Below are positions 8,076 through 19,109 of a stretch of 64,000 nucleotides of DNA, piece after piece; position 1 is the stretch's first letter; each line of letters opens with the position of its first letter. The notes beneath the pieces are model-generated. The model was not told the origin of the DNA, ran no database searches, and saw only the letters and a program-made list of their open reading frames with translations. Position numbers and translations under genes: made by a program. Source of the stretch: Diplonema japonicum (lineage: Eukaryota; Protista; Euglenozoa: Diplonemea); contig OZ025654.1 of NCBI GenBank assembly GCA_964019335.1, positions 496,001-560,000 of the forward strand. Direction: 5' to 3'.

Positions 8076-11000
8076 TTAAACAGCGACGATGGCGGCTGCG
8101 GGCACGTTGGTAAACGTGACCTTTACACGATAGGTAGGGGTGGGGTCCTTGGTGTTGCTGAGCAACTTGTGGAGGTTGTTCAAGACCACGTCGCTGGGGT
8201 CTTCGTCACACAGGGTACGCAGCCTGTCAAGGGAGCCGGGCTCTTGGGAGATGATGCTGTAGAAAAGCTTGGTCTGACAGTACTTTTGACAGTCTTCTTG
8301 CATCCCCCATGCATCCTCGAGGTGGGTGAGAAGCTTAGTGGTCTGGAGGTGGTACAGTTTTATTATTCTCTGCGTTGTCGTTTCGAACCAGCTGTCGATG
8401 ACACGCACGAACGGAGCAACAGCTGATCGACCAGCAACACAGCCATCCTCGGTGCAGTCAGCCACTATAGCGAATGTGTTGAATGTAGTAGCATGTGCTG
8501 CGGCTGCGCAAGCCGCTTGCAACGGAAGCCCGAAGGTACTGTGGAAACGGTTTGCTGCCGTCCCGACGTTGCCGTGCAACATGATGCCTGTTGAGAGGCC
8601 GACCTGCATGATACTGGCAGCCCTTCGCTTGAGCTCTGTGGTGAATCGCATTGCAGCAGTCGTGTGCAGCTTACAAGTCTTCGAAGTGTTCCACGAGACG
8701 AAGACACACTCGCCTGTGACGTTCTCAAGCACACCGTCGGTCTGAGCCGCTGCATCTGCGACTGCCCTGATGATCTGATTGTAAGTCGACTCGACACTGT
8801 CCTCTGCTGTCGGGATCATCTTGCACGACGCCACCGTCACCTCCGAGGTGCTTAGTGCAAGTTGGGTCTTCTTGGCAACGTTGTGTGTAATTGTCTTCCG
8901 TTTCTTCTTCCCCTTCCCGTTGCTGCTCGCTGTCGATTCGTTGTCGTTCCCATTTTCGTCAGGAGCCGTGACACCTTCTAGCCTCTCAGACAACCTTTCT
9001 GTGATACATAAATTGAGGTGCACCGTCCCCAGCCCCTTCAGGTCGTGCACCCCGTGGTCGGCAATGATTTTTGATTCCATTTTGCTTTGCATCAATTGTG
9101 CAACAACCTCATCTGTAATGCACACCGTCCCTGCAAAAGCCTTTGCCTCCACCCTTGAGGCTTTGTTTATCGTCGTGCCTCTATAATCGGACCTGCCCGT
9201 CAGTGGGTTTTCTTCCAAAATGGCGGGCCCATAGTGGCAGCCCATTCTGACTCGGATCCCGTTCCACAGTGTGAGCGAAGAGTCTTTGTTGCTGCTTATT
9301 GGGGGGAGGTCCAGCTCCTCGGGCCACGTTTGCTTCACAAGATCTTCCTGCACCCCGCAACAGAACCGCATCGCAGAGAACGGGCACGGAAAGGCGATCA
9401 TGAAGGCGTCGCCGATGGTCTTTACCTCATAACCCTGCTCCGTTTGGCACCATTCACGCATGACCTTGTTGTGCGTCTCCAGTGCTGCGTCCATTCCTTG
9501 AGGAGCCTTGTTCCATAGAGCTGTGGAGCCGACGATGTCGGTGAAAACCAACGCAACATCGCCCTCAGGAGGGCGGACTCTTTTGATGGTCATGCTCCCC
9601 AGAAGCGCGGATGGGACGTAGGCGCGAAACTCGTTCAGGTTCGTAACCATTTTCTCGAACGATTTTTGGATTTCAGACATCTCGTACAAAAGGCTCAGCG
9701 ACTGCTTGCTCCTGTCAAGGTTCATGTGCGACACCTGCTTCATTTCTCGCTTCAGCCTAGATATGGGGCGGGACACCAGACATGAAATCGTGATTCCAAG
9801 AGTCATCAGAATAATGGTAATAAATGTTGCGGCCCCAATGATGGAGTAGCGCGTGTTGTCGACCAGTTTCTTGGCGTCGTTCTTGGAGCTGATGCGGCTA
9901 GAGTAAATGTTTCGGAGGTTGGCCGAGGCGTGCGCGAGGACGTCCTTCACAGACACTGCAAGGACTACGTACCAGTCGATACCCCGAGCGGGCTTGATCC
10001 TCTTGATAGAGACGTACATGTTGTCAACGGACGTGTTGCTGATCATGGTGATGCCCTTCAGGGCAGTCTCGTACCCGCCGGATATGCTCCTGATGCCTAT
10101 TGCGACCTCACTTGTTAGAAGGTCAGGAGCATCGACGTCCTGCTGGACGATAAGACCCCCGTTGATCATCTTGTACGTCACGTTGTGTGATGTGGCCACC
10201 AGCAGGCCTGTGTCGTTGTGGTAGTCCAACAGCCGTGGGTCCGATGTTGCAAACGCGGGAGCTAACCACGAAGCGGCCACTACGATGTACATCCTCCCGC
10301 TCCCCGCGGAATCTCTCAAAAGCCGTGCTATTCTGTTGGTTGACAGCGTCATGTATATCCCCATGAAAATACCCGTGTCCGGGGTCTTCCAGTGTATCGA
10401 TTGCATTAATGTGATACGGTTTTCCGTGGTTGTGAGAGCGAGCCAAAACGGGTCTGGTTCCGTGTACACCCCAAAGTCATAGACAAGCTTGGCAGGGTGC
10501 GCGTTCAAAGTAATGGGAAACAGCCACGTGGGGCCGTGCTGTTCACCTGTGGAACTGTTTATTGCAATGGACGTAGAATGCGTGGAGTTGTGCCCAGGGA
10601 GGCCTGATCCATTGTTATAGTCAATGGAGTACAGTCCCGTGTTGTCATCTCTCCGAACGTTCATGGCGAAGGTTCCATCCACGGAGAAGGCGAGGGACTT
10701 CATTCCCATACCAGAGAGGACACGGACTGAGACAAAGAGCTCGGTGTAGAACTGCGACACCCAATTCCAGCTCGCGATTTCTGCGACAGAGTTGTGCTTT
10801 TGGACAGCAAGGTCGAGCTTTCTACGAAGCTTGTTGGTTTCAAAGGAGAATACCATTATGAAGTCTTCCAGCCTTGAAACGGTCCCTGATTCCATGAGCA
10901 TTACCATGTTTAGACTGGCGTTTACTTCTACTTCGGTGGCGCTTTTTATGCATTGGTCGAAGGCATGATCTCCTGCGTCTTCTGTATTCTTCAGAGCGTC

Positions 11001-11177
11001 ATCACATTGTACTGATGAAAGGGCGGAAACGCAGGTTAGAGCCGTAGCCATGCCTGTGCAGAGAAGGCCGAACAGCAAATGTACTGTACAGAATTTTGAA
11101 TGCGCACCGTTGACTGATATATCGTCATATGAGGTGGCAGATAGAGTGGTTGATGCTTCATATTCATCGTTTTGCAT
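8076..11177 (-). CDS. Receptor-type class III adenylate cyclase (two TM segments, extracellular domain, HAMP-like linker, catalytic domain, degenerate second cyclase domain)
   Basis: VFTDIVGSTALW, YEVKTIGDAFMIAF, GIRVRMGCHYG, DYRGTTINKASRVE; start placed at MQNDEY after an A-run. Confidence 0.92.
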   Translation of the reverse strand: MQNDEYEASTTLSATSYDDISVNGAHSKFCTVHLLFGLLCTGMATALTCVSALSSVQCDDALKNTEDAGDHAFDQCIKSATEVEVNASLNMVMLMESGTVSRLEDFIMVFSFETNKLRRKLDLAVQKHNSVAEIASWNWVSQFYTELFVSVRVLSGMGMKSLAFSVDGTFAMNVRRDDNTGLYSIDYNNGSGLPGHNSTHSTSIAINSSTGEQHGPTWLFPITLNAHPAKLVYDFGVYTEPDPFWLALTTTENRITLMQSIHWKTPDTGIFMGIYMTLSTNRIARLLRDSAGSGRMYIVVAASWLAPAFATSDPRLLDYHNDTGLLVATSHNVTYKMINGGLIVQQDVDAPDLLTSEVAIGIRSISGGYETALKGITMISNTSVDNMYVSIKRIKPARGIDWYVVLAVSVKDVLAHASANLRNIYSSRISSKNDAKKLVDNTRYSIIGAATFITIILMTLGITISCLVSRPISRLKREMKQVSHMNLDRSKQSLSLLYEMSEIQKSFEKMVTNLNEFRAYVPSALLGSMTIKRVRPPEGDVALVFTDIVGSTALWNKAPQGMDAALETHNKVMREWCQTEQGYEVKTIGDAFMIAFPCPFSAMRFCCGVQEDLVKQTWPEELDLPPISSNKDSSLTLWNGIRVRMGCHYGPAILEENPLTGRSDYRGTTINKASRVEAKAFAGTVCITDEVVAQLMQSKMESKIIADHGVHDLKGLGTVHLNLCITERLSERLEGVTAPDENGNDNESTASSNGKGKKKRKTITHNVAKKTQLALSTSEVTVASCKMIPTAEDSVESTYNQIIRAVADAAAQTDGVLENVTGECVFVSWNTSKTCKLHTTAAMRFTTELKRRAASIMQVGLSTGIMLHGNVGTAANRFHSTFGLPLQAACAAAAHATTFNTFAIVADCTEDGCVAGRSAVAPFVRVIDSWFETTTQRIIKLYHLQTTKLLTHLEDAWGMQEDCQKYCQTKLFYSIISQEPGSLDRLRTLCDEDPSDVVLNNLHKLLSNTKDPTPTYRVKVTFTNVPAAAIVAV

Positions 11178-11801
11178 TTTTTTTTTGTTCTCCCCCCGCT
11201 TTTTTATCCTCCCCTCCCCCACCCCCTTTTTTTATTGTCGGGGGGGGGGGGGGGAAGGAGAAAGAATGGGGGAAAATATTTTGTTTGTGCAAAGCCGTTT
11301 TCACCTTTAAAAAAAAAAAAAAAAACCTTGAAGTTAATGAAGGCCCGGTCTGAATCAACCATGAAGAAGAGGGAAGAAAAGAAATGGTAAGGAAAAGGAG
11401 GGGGTGGGGGGAATATTTAACAAAACAAAAATTAGAGTAGACTAAGAGGGATTTAGGTAGTTTTTTTCCCCTCCCCCTTTTTTTATCTTTTTCTTTTTTT
11501 CCACTAGGTTATTACGCGCAATGGAAGGGAGCGTAGGTGAGGGAAAAAAAACTCAATTAACATGCAAACCCCTAAAGCGAAGGTGCTTAAAATAAAAAAT
11601 AAAAAAAAGAAAATGCCCCTTAACACGTACCCTCTGGAAAAAAAGAAAAATGGTGGAGTGCTAACTAGACCCCTAAGTTTTAGAAATGCTGAAAGTCAAA
11701 CCCCGGGTCTCTAGTTAGCAGTTTTCTCAAGAAAAAAAAAATAGATATGTCGCACATGAAAAAAAAAAAAGAGTTTTTTATTAATAGTTTCACAATCTTC
11801 T

Positions 11802-13219
11802 TCACAAGACGCGCTCTTGTTCGCTCGCATCATATGTGAAATTCTCAAAATCGTTGTTTGTCAGACAAGGGGCTCTGGAAACCACCGAGTGGGCGGTCCT
11901 GCCGGAGACAACGTCATTGTACTCCCTGTCTGCCTCGGGAACAAACGGGGCCTGGAAAAAAAAAAAAAAAAAAGAGGCAAAAAAATTAACTTCCCCCGCA
12001 TACCTTGATTTCCTTTCGCACCAGCTTTTCGAAGTCAATGTCCTCGAAGTAAGGGTGCCCTGCCATGTCGTCCGTGCTCTGAATCCTTTTCGTAACATCA
12101 CGCTCAAGGAGCCTGGCGCAGAATTGCTGCCCGGTCAGAGAGATATCTTCCCCTTCAAACGCAACAGGCTTCGTCTAACAAAAAAAAAAAAGTTTTTTTT
12201 TTTTTTTTTATTTTTTTTATTTTTTCATATAAAAATACCAAGATTTCCTCGTACATTTCGTTCATATTTGGGGAATAAAAAGGGACCATGCCGACAACCA
12301 TTTCGTAGAACAAGACTCCCAAGGACCACCAGTCGATTGCTTTGGTGTGAGTCACCCCTAACATGAACTCTGGTGCAAGGTAAGCTGGTGTCCCGCAAAA
12401 TGTGTCAGATTCTTGTTCCTTCCCCGCACGCTTAGCAAGCCCGAAATCTGTAAGACAACAGTTTCCATCTTTATCGAGAACACAGTTTTCGGGCTTTAAG
12501 TCGCGGTATAAAATGGACCTGCTGTGAAGAAACCCTAGTGCGGTCCCGATCTGGGCAGTGTAGAATTTTGCTTGATGCTCTGGGAACTTTCCGGAAGGTG
12601 CATTCGATAGGTGATAGAATATTTCACCGCCCGGTAAATAGTCGAGGACGAGATACAGCTTGTCATCGGTTTGAAAAGCGTTGTGGAGTTTTACAATAAA
12701 TGGGTGAACGGCGGTCATTAGAATGTTCCTTTCTGACTTGGTGTACTCCACCAGGTTTTCCCTCACGATGACAGATTTTGGTAGGCTTTTCATCGCGAGG
12801 GTCATTCCGTCTGACTTTCTCTTCACCTTCACGACTTTGCCGAACGCGCCCTTTCCTATTAACTCCAACAATTCAAAATCGTCGAGACATGTTTTTTTCT
12901 CGGTTTTTGGTTCATGCTCCTGTTCTTCTCCTCCTTTGGAAGCTTTGTGTATTGCTGTTCCCCATTCTTTAAACTCTTCTTCATTCGCGGAGTACAAGAC
13001 ATATGTTTTGGTAAGCCTGCCTCCCTCGATGTGGATGCTTTTTTTTTTAGTGTCGGTGGTGACCGACGTGCCCCGTAGTTCGACGCAGCCAAGGTGTTCT
13101 TCAGCCTTTGATTTATAATAGTGCAAGCTTGCTCCTTTTAACTCAAACCACCGGTCTTGGTCACGCTTCAAAGCACCGCCTCCTGACTTGCGAAGTATAC
13201 CACAGAGTGCTGGCTCCAT
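11802..13219 (-). CDS. PH-domain AGC Ser/Thr kinase (Akt/PKB-like), three exons: 13219-12239, 12174-12004, 11951-11802; 433 aa
   Basis: N-terminal PH domain; GKGAFGKV, YRDLKPEN, DFGLAK, TFCGTPAYLAPE; splicing restores EEIL|TKPVAF...HPYFEDIDFEKLVRKEIK|APFVP...FENFTY (AGC hydrophobic motif). Confidence 0.92.
11952..12003 (-). other. GT-AG intron 2 of the kinase (52 nt, phase 0)
   Basis: AAG|GTATGC...TTTTCCAG|GCC; removal restores the AGC C-tail. Confidence 0.9.
12175..12238 (-). other. GT-AG intron 1 of the kinase (64 nt, phase 0)
   Basis: TTG|GTATTT...TTTTGTTAG|ACG; removal restores the kinase frame. Confidence 0.9.
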
Positions 13220-13229
13220 TTTCTTTTCT

Positions 13230-13267
<38 letters not shown>

Positions 13268-13921
13268 CCTGGGAAAAAAATGGATTGTATAAAAAGAAGG
13301 AAAAAAAAAAAAAAAAAAACAAGGGGGAAAAAATCCTTTTTTTTTTTGTTTGGCTTTCTTTTTTTTTTTTTGTTGATTGCACGGATCGCAAGAAAGCGCA
13401 AGGGGGAAAATTAATAAAGTGTTCTTTTTTTTTTTTCTTTTTTTTTCTTTTTGTTTTTCCTCCCGCTGCTATGGTTTTCCTGCTCCCGGCCAAAATGCGC
13501 CAAATCTTTCAATCATTTTTAAAAAAAATAATTTTAAATTCTTTGAATAAAAAAAAAGAATTTATTCAACGACTTATATTGCTCGCGCAAGCACAAAAGA
13601 CAATAAAAGGTTTGAATAAATTATTAAAAAACAAGAAAAAAAAAAGGAAAAAAAAAAAAAAAAAAAAGAGACATTTATAAAAAAGAATAATCTGCTCTAT
13701 TTGCAAAAGATTTGATAACGTTGTTCAGTGCAGGGGAGTGCTCACTTTTCAAGGAAAGAAACAGAAAAGAGAAAAAAAAAAACCTCTTTTTACTCCCTGC
13801 ACAAGTTTCTAGTTTTTCATCTTTATCGCTGTTCCTTTTTCGTTTTTCTCCCTTCCAAGAGTGATGAGGAGAGTGCTCTTGAAAAAAAGAAACTAAAGAA
13901 AAGGTTCAAACGAAAAATAAT

Positions 13922-15466
13922 CTATCTTGTCTCATTTCGCCTCGACGGCCAATTAAACTTTCCGGTTCTGTACCCATACACCCAGTCACAGCGCACTTCA
14001 TTGCAAGACATCTGCGGAACATCCCTACCGAGCCGGGCCTGCAGGAAAGTGGCGAAGCTGTCAAAGACACCAACGGGGTCTTCAAGGGGCGCCTTAGCAG
14101 AAAGGCAAAACCCATAGAGAAAAACAACTCCGGGAACACCACGCCCCCCACAACACACATGAAACACCCGTTTCCTTCTTCGAGTGAATAACCTGTTCTC
14201 CACCTCGAAACACGTAAGAAACAAAATGTCACTATAACACAACGGGTACTTAATACGCTTTTCCCTCTCTGTTGAAAAACACCCCGATGGCAATGCATAG
14301 TACGAGTGGTGAGTAACTTCTGCAGTAATGTCGTTGAACTCAACCACCACAGGCGGTAACACGAATTTCCAGTACACACAATTCAAAAGCCACAGCAAAG
14401 CCAAACCGAAAATCAAGAAAACAGGCGGATCATTCGGTTCCGCGGACAATGGGGGGAAGAGGTACAAAACACTCACCATCACAACTAACAAGGCAGACAG
14501 CATCACAGCGCTTTCCCCGCATAGCGGGTTCCTCGTCAACTCTGTTTTATACCGTGCGTCACACCCTACTTTTTGTACATTTAACGGTAGTGGTGGTGCG
14601 ACACCATTCATTTCAACGTCTTCCAACCTGGGGTATGGTTTGTTCTTCATGAAACCGTCTGTTTTTGTTGCCATTGCGACAGGTACGACTACCCACACCG
14701 CTAGCAAGCACAGCCGAATGAACAAAATCTGCGTTTCAATGTTGTGTATGAAGGAGGCGTCTGCCTGAACAGTATTTTTAAGGTTCGGTACGTCCCACTC
14801 CCACCCCTCCCCTTCGGGTCCGTACAAGGTACCGTTGTGTTCTTCAATTCTTGTTTTTATAGTCAGATGTTCTCTATCCCGTGTTGGAGTGTCCCAACGG
14901 CAGGTTGATGGTGTTGGAAGGTCCACCATGAAGCACACTGGTATCTGGCTTAACGTCGCATTGCAAGACGTGCAGATTATAACCGACTCTGCCATGAACA
15001 GCTGCGACCCATCAGGCTGAAAGAAGGTTGTTATGTTAAAGTTCGTGTTGTAGTCGATGAAGCAGTCTACCGGGATGGTCAGGTAGGCAGGGGGGGACGT
15101 GGCGTTCAGGGTGTGTGAGATGTTGGAACATGTGAGGGATTCCTCTGTGCCATATGTTCGGGAGAGAGTGCTCTGGTAGTCGTTCAAGTGTTTCAAGGGA
15201 GGGCATTGGGTCAACGCTGAGTTAGATGTGACAAATAGAGCAGCCAGCATGAAGTGAGCTCTTCGTACTTTCCCGAGAGCAAGGCTTTGTACAAACCATG
15301 GTGTCAGGAACGACACTGGAAGGATCCACCATACTAATGCTAATGCACTGTTCGCTGCCTCCCGACCTTCTGCCGCCAGGTATAAACAATACGAGGGCAG
15401 CACCATGCTTGACAGGAAGTAGATTGTCCACAACTCTGCCATCAACGTTGGCCTTGTGCATCGCAT
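13922..15466 (-). CDS. Multi-pass membrane protein, local family M member 1
   Basis: 514 aa; several hydrophobic segments; LTCSNI...YLTIPVDC...CTSCNATL...PTPSTCRWDT...GWEW motif shared with paralogs. Confidence 0.85.
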   Translation of the reverse strand: MRCTRPTLMAELWTIYFLSSMVLPSYCLYLAAEGREAANSALALVWWILPVSFLTPWFVQSLALGKVRRAHFMLAALFVTSNSALTQCPPLKHLNDYQSTLSRTYGTEESLTCSNISHTLNATSPPAYLTIPVDCFIDYNTNFNITTFFQPDGSQLFMAESVIICTSCNATLSQIPVCFMVDLPTPSTCRWDTPTRDREHLTIKTRIEEHNGTLYGPEGEGWEWDVPNLKNTVQADASFIHNIETQILFIRLCLLAVWVVVPVAMATKTDGFMKNKPYPRLEDVEMNGVAPPLPLNVQKVGCDARYKTELTRNPLCGESAVMLSALLVVMVSVLYLFPPLSAEPNDPPVFLIFGLALLWLLNCVYWKFVLPPVVVEFNDITAEVTHHSYYALPSGCFSTEREKRIKYPLCYSDILFLTCFEVENRLFTRRRKRVFHVCCGGRGVPGVVFLYGFCLSAKAPLEDPVGVFDSFATFLQARLGRDVPQMSCNEVRCDWVYGYRTGKFNWPSRRNETR

Positions 15467-15600
15467 TTCTTTAAAGAATGGGCTACAACATGTTTGTTAC
15501 AGCGTGTGTGTGTGTGTGTTTTTTCCTTCCCTTCTTCCCTCTTTTTTCTTTTTGGGAATTGGAGGAGTAATGGGAATTTAATACAAATGAGAGGGGAAAA

Positions 15601-15726
15601 AAGAGTCGTTGATTGTTGTTTGTGCACAGCCGTTTTCACCTACAGTAGGGATAAACGGATAAGCTGCCTCATACTCTTTTTTAGCAATAACAATTCTTTT
15701 CAAGGTTTGTATTCTTGTTCCAGCAA
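15601..15726. repeat. Dispersed repeat family C with internal stem-loop (also about 6450-6545, 11281-11306, 34803-34852, 43105-43170, 45035-45145, 53805-53866, 56357-56480)
   Basis: Shared gagtcggctgattg..tttgtgcacagccgttttcacctacagtaggg.taaacgg..tactcttttt.agcaataacaattcttttcaa. Confidence 0.8.
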
Positions 15727-16370
15727 GAAAAAAAGAAAAGTGAGAAATAGACTTTTCCCCAACGCCCCCCTTTAGGATCTTTTCCTTTTCTTATTTATCA
15801 GAATTCAGAATTAAATTTAAAAAAAGGGGAGGCGGGGGGAGGATACGGTCAAGAAGGGAAGAGAGAATTCTAAAAGAAATCATAAAGACGCGAGCTTGAG
15901 AAGAAAAAGGGTTTTAATAAGAATGAAAAATTTAAAAGCCGATCCATGGTCGATTCTCCGCAAAGTCACAACTAGTGTTTGCACCTCCCTCCCCCCTTTT
16001 TCTTCTTTTCCCAGGGGTTAAAGCACAAACGCATTCCCTACGTAAGCGGCTCTTTATCAGGTCCTGTGACAATTAGAGAACCAACCATTTACCATATTTA
16101 TGTGCCCAAAAGGACTACTTTGAACTATGTAGAACTATGTATGTAACTAAGTAAGATCCGAATATGGGAGGCAACACCCAGTCAGAGTTAAATCAAAACT
16201 GAGTGCAAAAAAAAGGGGGGGTGGGGTTGGGGGGAAGTTAGAAAAAAAATGAAAACACCCCCATTGATATGCCTGTCATAGTCTATGATAGACTGCCCTT
16301 TTTTTTTTCCAGGGAATTCTTATCATGAAGTAGCCAGTGCCAAGGGAAATGAGTTTTTAAAGGAGGGATA

Positions 16371-19109
16371 TCATTCATATTTATCAGCAGAACAAGGGGA
16401 TGAATCAGGTTCCGTAGTGGGTTTCTCAACCTTTTGAACGAGGTCATGGTCAGGGTGTAACGGGTTCTGTCGAGGGTTGGCATTCAGCTCGGGTGCAGTG
16501 AGGTAGGGCGCGGGGCCTACGAAGGACAGGATGACAGGCAGGAGCAAGACCCCAAACCACTGCCCAAAGAAGATGATGAGGGCGAACATTCTGAAGAAGA
16601 CTTTGAAGCCGTACGAGACAGCAAAGCCCGCAGGAAGGATCGCGATAAAGGTGGATACCCCTCCATTGACCACCGCAGGCCCCATCTTCCACAACGCAAA
16701 GGCAGCACGCTGCGATCTACCATCCTCTTCCTCGCACTTCACATGTAAGAATGCCCCAGCAATGTGGACACTATAGTCCACGCTAAGCCCGACAGCAAGC
16801 ACAATGCATATAACTGATATTCCGTTCAGTTCAACGCCGATGATTGGCATGAAGCCCAACATGCATACATCGACGCATCCGATGGCAAGCGTTACCAGAA
16901 GACCAAGTTGGATGTTTGCGATCATGATGGTCACCAGCACGAACACGCACGACCCTGCGATCGCCACGTTACGTGTGATCTCCTCGATGATGAGCTTGTA
17001 CGTCTCCCAGAATATGAAGGCGAATGCCCAAGGGAAGCCTGTGCCGTCCAGCTCGCCACGCAGGCTGTCCATCGCGTCGACTGCGTTCTCACCGTCAGTC
17101 TGCGCGTCACCGACAATGAGGAACGATACCTTCGAAGCTGTCAGCACGGCGTCCGTGCCGTTCCCGCTCCACCTGATGTTGTCAATGTGCTGCCACGCGC
17201 TTCGCGGTCCTGTCGTCGTCGATGCGAAAACCCTCAACAGCTGGTAGAACCTTGTCGGGACCACCGTGCTTCCATCAATCCAGTCTGCTGGCCGCTCCCG
17301 TCTCACCCACGCTTGGAAGTCCTCCATCCACGATGAGGTGGAGTTGCTTACAACCCACCTGTTCCCCCGAAGGGTCGTTCCTGCATCTAGAACTACGCTT
17401 TGCTCGTTCGGGTAGTCGATGTCCCCAAAGTACACATTGGCCGCAAGGTCCGTCCCGGCGAAGTTTGTGTCGCGCACATCCAACGTGTTGGCATAGGCAT
17501 GGCTGTCGGGGATGGACCACTCGCTGTTGTAGTTCATTTTCAGCTGAGTGCAACCATAGATCCCAAACGCAAGGAACAAGGCAGAGGCGATCAGCACAAA
17601 ACCCTTGCCAACGGACGTTCCAATAATAAAGCGCGGAAGGTACGTCCCCACGACGCGGTTCTGCACACCACGCTTCGACTCAGTCCAGCCTTCTTCCCTT
17701 GTTTGCACGCACACCCCAGTGTCGTCCTCTACCTTCACGCAGCACAGCACGTCAGCCCGCGAGGCTTCCTGACGCAGCGAATCTAAATACGCGATAGCCA
17801 CAACGAAAGTGCACTGGAAGGCGAAGTCAAACGCGATGCCCACAGAGGCGTAGTAACAGAAGTCCCGAAGGGCGGGCAGCACAGTGCTCGAACCCGCCAA
17901 GAAAGCGATGAGGTCTGTGATCGAGGTGATCGTAATTGCGGGTCCGGCATGCTTCATGGCCGTGACCATGCGCTCCTTCATGCTCGGTATCTCCGCACAG
18001 TCCCACCACGATTCCATGATCACAAAGGTGTCATCTATCCCAACACCAAGAAGCACCATGATCAGAACTTGCACAATAGGGTTGAACTTCACCCCGATGT
18101 ACCAACAAAAACCGTACGCGCTGAAGGTGGAGATGCCGGTTGAGAAAACGGAGACCAGCCCCATCAACATGTGCGAGTACTTCAAGCGGTTTCTGGACAG
18201 CACGAACGACGCGAACACAAGCATGAAGGCATAGCCCAGGATGAGGTTGCTGATGTCCGAGTCGATGGCGCTATCTGCTGCCACTTGCGCCTCGGCTGTC
18301 GTGATGATGAAGGTCCCAACGTCATGCGTTTCAACGTCCTGCCCACGTCGATCTGCTGCCCTTTCTGCTATTGCAATCTCGTAGTACCTACTCTGTGGGT
18401 CGTCGGTGCCGACGCCAGATATTTCTACCTTCTCGTTCTTGAACTCGTAGGAGATGCGCGTCGCACGAGTCGAGACCAGATCGCCCGAAGCAGAGAGGAC
18501 GAGGTCGGTGCCCAAGTAATAGGACAGCGGAGGGCCGGATGGCTCCAGCATTCTCCAAGAGATTGAGTTGATGGTGGCTAAAGGGTTGGGGTCAGCTTCC
18601 AGAAGCGTACGGTTATGCTGCCAGTAGGACAGCACAGAGACAGGATCCTTGCAAGCATCGCCAGGCGTGTACCTGGCACAAACTGTGTCGTAGGTGACGA
18701 GCTCTCCATCGATGGTGTGGGACTGTTCGAGCAGCCACTCGTGGATTTCTTGCATGAAGAGTAGAGATTCTTTCGTCAGCATGTTCGTCCCTTGGTTTCC
18801 CTCCAGCATAGTAGTCACAGGGCGATTCTCATCTCCGAACCTCTGCACCACCCATTCTTCATCCTTTATAGCCTGGCTGCCCTCGGGGGTGAATTGAGTG
18901 TCCGACAGCTCTTCCTCGTAAAACCACACACCTTGAGCCATCACCAACATGAACACCATACACAACCCTATCGTCCACACAGGAAATTCAACTACTGCAG
19001 TACTTAGCTTTTCAAACACTTTTTCTGTACCGCCGTGCATGCTTGCAGAGAAATGCTCTATCCGGGCCTTCAGCCCACCGACCTGTGGCTCGTCATCCTT
19101 TGCAGCCAT
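16371..19109 (-). CDS. Patched/NPC1-family sterol-sensing-domain RND membrane protein
   Basis: LLGVGIDDTFVI, AGPAITITSITDLIAF, LPALRDFC, AVGLSVDYSVHI, FFRMF; about 12 TM; start at MAAKDD. Confidence 0.93.
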   Translation of the reverse strand: MAAKDDEPQVGGLKARIEHFSASMHGGTEKVFEKLSTAVVEFPVWTIGLCMVFMLVMAQGVWFYEEELSDTQFTPEGSQAIKDEEWVVQRFGDENRPVTTMLEGNQGTNMLTKESLLFMQEIHEWLLEQSHTIDGELVTYDTVCARYTPGDACKDPVSVLSYWQHNRTLLEADPNPLATINSISWRMLEPSGPPLSYYLGTDLVLSASGDLVSTRATRISYEFKNEKVEISGVGTDDPQSRYYEIAIAERAADRRGQDVETHDVGTFIITTAEAQVAADSAIDSDISNLILGYAFMLVFASFVLSRNRLKYSHMLMGLVSVFSTGISTFSAYGFCWYIGVKFNPIVQVLIMVLLGVGIDDTFVIMESWWDCAEIPSMKERMVTAMKHAGPAITITSITDLIAFLAGSSTVLPALRDFCYYASVGIAFDFAFQCTFVVAIAYLDSLRQEASRADVLCCVKVEDDTGVCVQTREEGWTESKRGVQNRVVGTYLPRFIIGTSVGKGFVLIASALFLAFGIYGCTQLKMNYNSEWSIPDSHAYANTLDVRDTNFAGTDLAANVYFGDIDYPNEQSVVLDAGTTLRGNRWVVSNSTSSWMEDFQAWVRRERPADWIDGSTVVPTRFYQLLRVFASTTTGPRSAWQHIDNIRWSGNGTDAVLTASKVSFLIVGDAQTDGENAVDAMDSLRGELDGTGFPWAFAFIFWETYKLIIEEITRNVAIAGSCVFVLVTIMIANIQLGLLVTLAIGCVDVCMLGFMPIIGVELNGISVICIVLAVGLSVDYSVHIAGAFLHVKCEEEDGRSQRAAFALWKMGPAVVNGGVSTFIAILPAGFAVSYGFKVFFRMFALIIFFGQWFGVLLLPVILSFVGPAPYLTAPELNANPRQNPLHPDHDLVQKVEKPTTEPDSSPCSADKYE

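Noticed and set aside
13108-13680. Poly-Phe/poly-Lys ORFs here and throughout the spacers
   Set aside because: Translations of A/T homopolymer runs
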